From Auanema rhodensis (taxonomy: Eukaryota > Animalia > Nematoda): a stretch of 35,809 nucleotides of DNA. The DNA lies in contig CAXKVF010000063.1 of NCBI GenBank assembly GCA_964057225.1, positions 1-35,809 of the forward strand, read 5' to 3'. The notes under the pieces were generated by a model. The model ran no database searches. It was not told where the DNA came from and worked only from the letters and a program-made list of their open reading frames with translations. The translations under genes were made by a program, and so were the position numbers. Shown piece after piece: positions 1-7,432 of the stretch; position 1 is the first letter of the stretch; the number at the start of each line of letters is the position of its first letter.

Positions 1-1355
1 TACACTTTTCCAATCCATTTCTATTCCGTTAAAATAATTCGATATTTTAAAGAAATTAGATAATTTATGAGCAGTATCTCGTTTACTCATGTCGTGGTAT
101 AGAAAACCTTTGCATGCCTGGCAATGACAACGACCTAATAATAAATAACAGTTGAATGTTGTATTATGTGTTGCAAACCTCGGCAAATCTGACAATGACA
201 TAGATAGAAATATGCCATGTTATCGTCTTTCATGTCATTTTTCTCCTGCATATTTCCAAAAATTTCCTGTACTTCTTCAATATCTTTGTCTGCTTTTAGC
301 GCATTTTTCTAAATTATATTAATGTTTGTCTTTTGGTAATGTTATTCCGAACCTTTATTTTATTCCATCAATTTTATAGTAGCGTCATAGTGTTTGTAAC
401 TATGATTGTTCAGGGGACCTCCAAACTTATGTTTGTTGATAGCATTGGATTCTTAAAAATAGAAATGTTCAAATACAAGCATGAAATGAAAACCTGTTGA
501 GGAGGTGAATTTCGAAGAGACATGTCCGAATAACGTTTTTCCTCCTTTAACATAGTACTTTGTAGTAATCTGCTATACCATTTGGGTCATGTATACCGTT
601 CTTATCAAATCTAGGATTCAAATTGATACAATCGGTTGTTTCATCAAGAGGCGTGAACATTATTCCAGCGCTAAATGTTTTGAGTTGTTGAAAAAGACTT
701 TTCTAGAACTTACTTCTCCATTTTATGAACTAATTTTTTCAGTTTTTTATTGTTCATTCCGTTTGTCAGATTCAAAAATTCTGACTTTTGGAAAAAACGG
801 TTGCTCCAGAATTCTCTTTTAATTCTTTTGTTTTCTCCGCAAGTTCCTTGATAATTAACAATAAAAAATAACAAAGAAACTTACTAAATGCCTGCTAATG
901 TTGGAATCATATTTCCAACAAATTGGGCAAATGTCGCCTCGTCCTGCACTTGTTTGTGGAACAAACTTGATGGGGTCATGTGCTAGACCGAATCCGAACA
1001 AATCTGAAAACGTTATGTTTAATTTTTTTTTAATTTTGACTTACTGTTTTGAATGCTTGTCATTCTACTGCCTCGCATTTTTGATCGTTCGAGGTCGATG
1101 AAACATCCAATTCCGAGTCCTCCAATCTCTTATTTAAACTAACGCCTTTAGGAAAGAATTATATAATTCTTTTTGAACGGCAGGATCAGGATGTTTGCGA
1201 ACATCTGCATAAAAAAAATGTTTTTTGGTGAAATTTTGCAAACCCACAAGATGTTTTATTTATTTCGTTTTTGATCCTTTTATTCAAAATATGCGGCTTA
1301 CGAAAACGCTCGAGACGTTCAGAATCAAAGTTTTGCCTCATTAGTCGGAGAACTG
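1..1355 (-). pseudogene. Multi-exon protein-coding gene with Cys/His (zinc-binding-like) motifs, disrupted (pseudogene or indel errors); runs off the left window edge
   Basis: Manual splicing of the minus strand gives GT..AG introns at 1004-1044 (GTAAGT..TTTTCAG), 847-884, 671-713, 452-493, 309-352 and 135-178 (38-44 nt). These join open exons such as ...LFGFGLAHDPIKFVPQTSAGRGDICPICWKYDSNISRHL|ELAEKTKELKENSGATVF... and ...MAYFYLCHCQICRG|RCHCQACKGFLYHDMSKR...MDWKSV. Frame breaks occur near ~775 and ~550, plus a TAA at 360-362. The 5' end is uncertain. Confidence 0.7.
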
Positions 1356-1549
1356 AAAAGAAAATTGAATAAATAATAAGAAGTTGATTAATAAAACAGA
1401 GATTAAAAGCAATAATGAATAACACTGTTATTTTCATTCTTCGTTAACTTTCCCGCCAAATTCGGATCGTTTCCTGTTTTTCTGTAAACATGATGTTTTT
1501 ATATTAATTCACTTGTAAACATGTTTACTAATTATACTAATTCAGTGAA

Positions 1550-4250
1550 AAGTGCTTTATCCCTGACCATTTTGTATGTAGTTTAATCAGATTCTTATGA
1601 CAATTATTCGTATTTTGAAAGTTTTATTTTCAATACAAGCACTTTTTATACCATTTTGTTTGTAGTTTGATCAGATTCTCATGACAATGATTCGTATTTT
1701 GAAAGTTTTACTTGCAATACAAGCACTTTTTATATTGTTTTGTATGTAGTTTGATCAGATTCTCATGACAATGATTCATAATTTGAGTTTATTTATTGAC
1801 TAAGCTTCAACTATTGGGCAAAGCATCCATCTCTTATGCAGCGGAGTGCCCAATCCCAGATCCGGGGGGTCTGGGGGGTATCCCCCCCAGGTATAGAAAG
1901 TATTACTATCAATACAAGCACTTTTTATACCATTTTGTATGTAGTTTGATCAGATTCTCATGATAATGATTCGTATTTTGAAAGTTTTACTTTCAATACA
2001 AGCACTTTTTATATTGTTTTGTATGTAGTTTGATCAGATTCTCAAGACAATGATTCATAATTTGAGTTTATTCATTGACTAAGCTTCAACTATTGGGCAA
2101 AGCATCCATCTCTTATGCAGCGGGAGTGCCCAATCCCAGATCCGGGGGGTCTGGGGGGGTATCCTTCCCAGGTATAGAAAGTATTACTATCAATAGAAGC
2201 ACTTTTTATACCATTTTGTATGTAGTTTGATCAGATTCTCATGATAATGATTCGTATTTTGAAAGTTTTACTTTCAATACAAGCACTTTTTATATTGTTT
2301 TGTATGTAGTTTGATCAGATTCTCATGACAATGATTCATAATTGAGTTTATTTATTGACTAAGCTTCAACTATTGGGCAAAGCATCCATCTCTGATGCAG
2401 CGGGAGTGCCCAATCCCAGATCCGGGGGGTCTGGGGGGGTATCCCCCCAGGTATAGAAAGTATTACTATCGATACAAGCACTTTTTATATCATTTTGTAT
2501 GTAGTTTGATCAGATTCTCATGACAATGATTCGTATTTTGAAAGTTTTACTTGCAATACAAGCACTTTTTATATTGTTTTGTATGTAGTTTGATCAGATT
2601 CTCATGACAATGATTCATAATTTGAGTTTATTTATTGACTAAGCTTCAACTATTGGGCAAAGCATCCATCTCTTATGCAGCGGGAGTGCCCAATCCCAGA
2701 TCCGGGGGTCTGGGGGGGTATCCCCCCCAGGTATAGAAAGTATTACTATCAATACAAGCACTTTTTATACCATTTTGTATGTAGTTTGATCAGATTCTCA
2801 TGATAATGATTCGTATTTTGAAAGTTTTACTTTCAATACAAGCACTTTTTATATTGTTTTGTATGTAGTTTGATCAGATTCTCAAGACAATGATTCATAA
2901 TTTGAGTTTATTCATTGACTAAGCTTCAACTATTGGGCAAAGCATCCATCTCTTATGCAGCGGGAGTGCCCAATCCCAGATCCGGGGGGTCTGGGGGGGT
3001 ATCCTTCCAGGTATAGAAAGTATTACTATCAATAGAAGCACTTTTTATACCATTTTGTTTGTAGTTTGATCAGATTCTCATGATAATGATTCGTATTTTG
3101 AAAGTTTTACTTTCAATACAAGCACTTTTTATATTGTTTTGTATGTAGTTTGATCAGATTCTCATGACAATGATTCATAATTTGAGTTTATTTATTGACT
3201 AAGCTTCAACTATTGGGCAAAGCATCCATCTCTTATGCAGCGGGAGTGCCCAATCCCAGATCCGGGGGGTCTGGGGGGGTATCCCCCCCAGGTATAGAAA
3301 GTATTACTATCAATACAAGCACTTTTTATACCATTTTGTATGTAGTTTGATCAGATTCTCATGATAATGATTCGTATTTTGAAAGTTTTACTTTCAATAC
3401 AAGCACTTTTTATATTGTTTTGTATGTAGTTTGATCAGATTCTCATGACAATGATTCATAATTTGAGTTTATTTATTGACTAAGCTTCAACTATTGGGCA
3501 AAGCATCCATCTCTTATGCAGCGGGAGTGCCCAATCCCAGATCCGGGGGGTCTGGGGGGGTATCCCCCCCAGGTATAGAAAGTATTACTATCAATACAAG
3601 CACTTTTTATACCATTTTGTATGTAGTTTGATCAGATTCTCATGATAATGATTCGTATTTTGAAAGTTTTACTTTCAATACAAGCACTTTTTATATTGTT
3701 TTGTATGTAGTTTGATCAGATTCTCAAGACAATGATTCATAATTTGAGTTATTCATTGACTAAGCTTCAACTATTGGGCAAAGCATCCATCTCTTATGCA
3801 GCGGGAGTGCCCAATCACAGATCCGGGGGTCTGGGGGGGTATCCCCCCCAGGTATAGAAAGTATTACTATCAATAGAAGCACTTTTTATACCATTTTGTA
3901 TGTAGTTTGATCAGATTCTCATGATAATGATTCGTATTTGAAAGTTTTACTTTCAATACAAGCACTTTTTATATTGTTTTGTATGTAGTTTGATCAGATT
4001 CTCATGACAATGATTCATAATTTGAGTTTATTTATTGACTAAGCTTCAACTATTGGGCAAAGCATCCATCTCTGATGCAGCGGGAGTGCCCAATCCCAGA
4101 TCCGGGGGGTCTGGGGGGTATCCCCCCCAGGTATAGAAAGTATTACTATCAATACAAGCACTTTTTATATCATTTTGTACGTAGTTTGATCAGATTCTCA
4201 TGATAATGATTCGTATTTTGAATTTATATTTTGATTCAGGGGGTCTGGGG
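1550..4250. repeat. ~280-bp tandem satellite (9 full units plus partial ends), each made of two ~84-bp AT-rich subrepeats and a GC-rich hairpin segment
   Basis: AAGCTTCAACTATTGGGC recurs at 1802, 2081, 2361, 2641, 2922, 3201, 3482, 3762 and 4041. The subrepeat CAATACAAGCACTTTTTATA...GATCAGATTCTCATGA recurs at 84-bp spacing (1631, 1715). Confidence 0.95.
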
Positions 4251-4333
4251 AGAATTCTGACGGTCAAAAAGAAGCAAAAATAAACACTTTAGAAAAAATT
4301 ATGTGACCGTATAAGACCAACTAAATATATATG

Positions 4334-4667
4334 GATATTTTTTAATACAACATAGGTTTTAATCAATACCGGAACTGGTATTAATAAATACCCAATAGTT
4401 TTATTCATGAATAAAGTGTGGTATTTTTCAATACCCTAAACGGTATTTATAAATACCAAGAAAGGTATTGATTAATACCTATAAGTTTTCGATGCAAATG
4501 TTAATACTTTCAACTGTAGAATGATGACAAATGATAGAATAGTGTGTTTTAACACTACTTTGATAAAATTTAAACCAAAAATAATGAAAAGAACACTAAA
4601 ATTAAAAGGTATTTTTTAATACCTTCGAGGGTGTTTATCAATACCGTCAAAGGTATTGAATAATATC
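4334..4667. repeat. Cluster of degenerate 16-bp palindromes GGTATT-N4-AATACC in triplets at ~22-bp spacing
   Basis: Copies start at 4334, 4355, 4377; 4420, 4442, 4464; 4608, 4630, 4652. Confidence 0.8.
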
Positions 4668-4799
4668 CATTAGTTGCAGCATTAAATTCAAACGTAACTT
4701 CCGTTTCAAGCTTCCGGAAGCTCTAAAAAAAATCTGGTAGCCTTACAAGGGCATTACAAAGCTTTTCCTCAATATTAGGAAAATTTCATTTTTTTTGTA

Positions 4800-5231
4800 A
4801 GACAGGTTAGTTTTACCCTACTGTAGACTTGATTGTTGCGATAGTAATCCACCTCAGTACGAGAGGAACAGGTGGTTCTAACATTTGGTTCATGGACTTG
4901 GTCGAAAGGCCAATGGTCCGAAGCTACCATTAGTAGGATTATGACTGAACGCCTCTAAATCAGAATCCTACCTAATAATGGTTACGATAACGTTGCTTCT
5001 TGGTGTCGGAAGGCAACTATATCTCGTGTTCACACGAGAGCTTATGCCCTAGTATATAACATATCCGTGAAAGGGAATCTTTCATGGTTGTTAAAGCCAG
5101 AAAACTCTGGTCAACGTCAGGGCGCTAAATCTCTTGTATACGACTTGAGAACTGGTCAAGGTGTTGTATCCAGTAGAGCAGTCTTTATATACTGCGATCT
5201 GTTGAGACTATCCTTTGATTGGATGTTTTGT
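4800..5231 (+). pseudogene. 5'-truncated 28S rRNA gene (3'-terminal ~430 nt only) forming the edge of the array
   Basis: Matches 12853-13284 of the first full 28S and includes the sarcin-ricin loop AGTACGAGAGGAAC. The sequence upstream of 4800 is not rDNA. Confidence 0.93.
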
Positions 5232-5320
5232 TTTATACCTGAAAGTATACCTTATTCTTTTTTCAAATAACGTTTTATTGATTGTATATAGCGCTAGCAA
5301 TATTGATACCTTATTAAAAA

Positions 5321-5383
5321 AAAAGGTATACTTTATTTGTAAGAAAAGGTATACTTTATTTGTAAGAAAAAGTATACTTTATT
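5321..5383 (+). repeat. 23-bp tandem repeat (about 2.7 copies) with palindromic core (A/G)GTATACTTT just 3' of 28S; candidate Pol I terminator/fork-barrier sites
   Basis: Core at 5325, 5348 and 5371, with related AAAGTATACCTTATT at 5242 and GATACCTTATT near 5305. The function is inferred from position only. Confidence 0.6.
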
Positions 5384-5481
5384 GGAATATTGGGACCATT
5401 TTTCAAAAAAAAGCGCATATAAATGGTCACCCGAGAAATTTTATTAAAAAAATCAAAAATTTTGATAAAAATGGCAAATTT

Positions 5482-5531
5482 TACTTGATTGATTCTGTCA
5501 GCGCTGTAGCTTTCCTCAAGGATTAAGCCAT
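5482..5531 (+). repeat. Sense copy of the 18S 5' end (type-B variant), copy S
   Basis: TACTTGATTGATTCTGTCAGCGCTGTAGCTTTCCTCAAGGATTAAGCCAT versus 18S AATCTGATTGATTCTGTCAGCGCTGTATGCTCAAGTAAAAGATTAAGCCAT. Confidence 0.9.
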
Positions 5532-5715
5532 ATCGGGAAATTTTTCAAAACATATTTCATATATAGTGTAAAATATGTAAAAAGAGTCAGAAAATAGAAT
5601 AAGACTACTCTGAAAAATAGTTTTGAAAAAAAAAATTTGCATATTTTTCAAAAATTTCCATAATTTTTGACTAGAAAAAATTTTTGGTGGGTTGGCGGTT
5701 AGGCTAAAAAAGTTC

Positions 5716-5780
5716 AACTTTCTACATGCATGGCTTAATCTTTTACTTGAGCATACAGCGCTGACAGAATCAATCAAGTA
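5716..5780 (-). repeat. Inverted copy of the 18S 5' end, type A (A1)
   Basis: 5723-5776 is the exact reverse complement of 18S 7437-7490. Confidence 0.93.
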
Positions 5781-5805
5781 CGTGAAAAAAAAATTTTGTG
5801 GTCGG

Positions 5806-5867
5806 TGAGCGGTTGGCATGGCTTAATCCTTGACGAAAGCTACAGCGCTGACAGAATCAATCGAGTA
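5806..5867 (-). repeat. Inverted, internally deleted copy of the 18S 5' end, type B (B1)
   Basis: TGAGCGGTTGGCATGGCTTAATCCTTGACGAAAGCTACAGCGCTGACAGAATCAATCGAGTA. Confidence 0.9.
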
Positions 5868-5997
5868 AAAAAAAAAATTTTGTTTCTCAATTCAAATGTT
5901 TAAACTCTTTAAAAAGGTGTAAAAAATGTTTGAGAGTATCGTGAAAACAAGTTTGAAAAAAAATTTTTTTTGGACTTGGAAATTTTTTTTTGGTCTC

Positions 5998-6059
5998 TGA
6001 GCCATTCGCATGGCTTAATCCTTGACGAAAGCTACAGCGCTGACAGAATCAATCGAGTA
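5998..6059 (-). repeat. Inverted, internally deleted copy of the 18S 5' end, type B (B2)
   Basis: TGAGCCATTCGCATGGCTTAATCCTTGACGAAAGCTACAGCGCTGACAGAATCAATCGAGTA. Confidence 0.9.
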
Positions 6060-6159
6060 AAAAAAAAAAATTTTGTTTCTCAATTCAAATGTTTAAACTC
6101 TTTAAAAATGTGTAAAAAATGTTTTGAGAGTATCGTGAAAACAAGTTGGAAAAAAAATT

Positions 6160-6285
6160 TTTTGAACTTGAAAATTTTTTTTGGACTTGGAAATTTTTTT
6201 GGGACTTGGAAATTTTTTTTTTGGACTTGGAATTTTTTTTTGGATTTAGAAATTTTTTTTGGACTTGGAAATTTTTTTGGTCTCT
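6160..6285. repeat. ~19-20-bp minirepeat (TT)GGACTTGGAAATTTTTTT, about 6 copies
   Basis: Direct repeats are visible here, and single copies occur at the equivalent place in the neighbouring spacer modules (~5971, ~6493). Confidence 0.85.
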
Positions 6286-6291
6286 GAGCTG

Positions 6292-6386
6292 TGAGCCTTT
6301 CGCAATTTCTCAAAAATGATGAACTTTATACATGCATGGCTTAATCTTTTACTTGAGCATACAGCGCTGACAGAATCAATCAAGTA
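6292..6386 (-). repeat. Inverted copy of the 18S 5' end, type A (A2)
   Basis: 6292-6382 is the reverse complement of 18S 7437-7527 with 2 mismatches in 91 nt. Confidence 0.95.
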
Positions 6387-6525
6387 AAAAAAAAAAATTT
6401 TGTTTCTCAATTCAGATGTTAAAACTCTTTAAAAATGTGTAAAAAATGTTTTGAGAGTATCGTGAAAACATGTTTGGAAAAAAAATTTTTTTTGGACTTT
6501 GAAATTTTTTTTGGTCTCTGAGCTG

Positions 6526-6620
6526 TGAGAATATCGCAGTTTCTCAAAAATGATGAACTTTATACATGCATGGCTTAATCTTTTACTTGAGCATACAGCG
6601 CTGACAGAATCAATCAAGTA
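6526..6620 (-). repeat. Inverted copy of the 18S 5' end, type A (A3)
   Basis: 6534-6616 is the perfect 83-nt reverse complement of 18S 7437-7519. Confidence 0.95.
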
Positions 6621-6690
6621 AATGAGAGAGAAACGAAATTTTGATACCATATGTCTTCGGGGAAGTATTTCTGAATAAAAATTTTTTTTT

Positions 6691-7146
6691 CGCAATTTTG
6701 CAGGGAGAAAAATTTTTTAGTGAATTTTTACAAGGGAAAAAATTTTTTTTGAATTTTTACAGGGAAAAATTTTTTTTTGTGTATTTTTGCAGGAAAAAAT
6801 TTTTTTCGTGTATTTTTGCAGGAAAAAATTTTTTCGTGTATTTTTGCAGGAAAAGTAGTTTCTTCGTGTATTTTTGCAGGAAAACTTTTTTTTCGTGTAT
6901 TTATACATGAAAACTTTTTCTTTGTGTATTTTTGCAGGATTAATTTTTTTTCGTGTATTTTTGCAGGAAATGTAGTTTCTTCGTGTCTTTTTGCAAGAAA
7001 AATTTTTTTTCGTGTATTTATACATGAAAAGTTTTTCTTTGTGTATTTTTGCAGGAAAAGTAGTTTCTTCGTGTATTTTTGCAGGAAAAGTAGTTTCTTC
7101 GTGTATTTTTGCAGGAAAAGTAATTTACATAGTATTTTTACTGGAA
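6691..7146. repeat. ~29-30-bp IGS subrepeat array (CGTGTATTTTTGCAGGAAAA...), about 15-16 copies; candidate Pol I enhancer repeats
   Basis: Direct tandem repeats ending about 290 bp upstream of 18S. Confidence 0.88.
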
Positions 7147-7432
7147 TGTTTCATCAGAATATAAACATTATGAAATAATATCTGAAGATTGTTACACTAT
7201 TCACCGAAACGATTTCACAATCGTAAGGTAGCAGGAGAAAATTTTTACAATAATTTTCGTTATCTGCAATTTTACTTGTTCACATTGAAAAATGTGAATA
7301 TTTTCTATATTGTGTCGTTTCTGTGTGATTTTTCAACTTTCCTAATTTTTTTTGGTGAATTGTGAAAAAAAAAATTATTCTACTTCTCGATATTTATATT
7401 GTTTAGTAAGAAATAATGGATTCTCTATTGCG

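Larger units (their letters stand above)
5232..7432 (+). other. rDNA intergenic spacer (3'ETS + IGS + 5'ETS), copy 1
   Basis: Lies between the 28S 3' end and the 18S 5' end, and recurs every ~8.05 kb. Confidence 0.93.

Noticed and set aside
589-1101. Plus-strand ORFs 589-822 and 898-1101
   Set aside because: They lie antisense to the spliced minus-strand gene and run across its introns, with no independent coding signal.
5689-5706. TTAGGC telomere-like hexamer in the spacer (possible telomere-addition or DNA-elimination site)
   Set aside because: It is a single hexamer with no tandem array, which is expected by chance.
5716-6620. CRISPR-like repeat/spacer appearance of the IGS
   Set aside because: The intervening sequences are homologous to each other rather than unique, the repeats derive from 18S, the context is eukaryotic and there are no cas genes.
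5482-6620. Inverted 18S copies as chimeric or fold-back read artefacts
   Set aside because: They recur in the same order in all four spacers with consistent diagnostic variants (type-B core, TACTTG ends) that the 18S gene lacks.
5215-7178. F/K-rich ORFs in the spacer
   Set aside because: They are translations of A/T tracts and 30-bp repeats, and their frames change between spacer copies with homopolymer length.
5232-7432. 5S rRNA or SL1 gene inside the spacer
   Set aside because: I found no recognisable 5S sequence or GGTTTAATTACCCAAGTTTGAG leader on either strand by eye. An Infernal/Rfam scan would confirm this.
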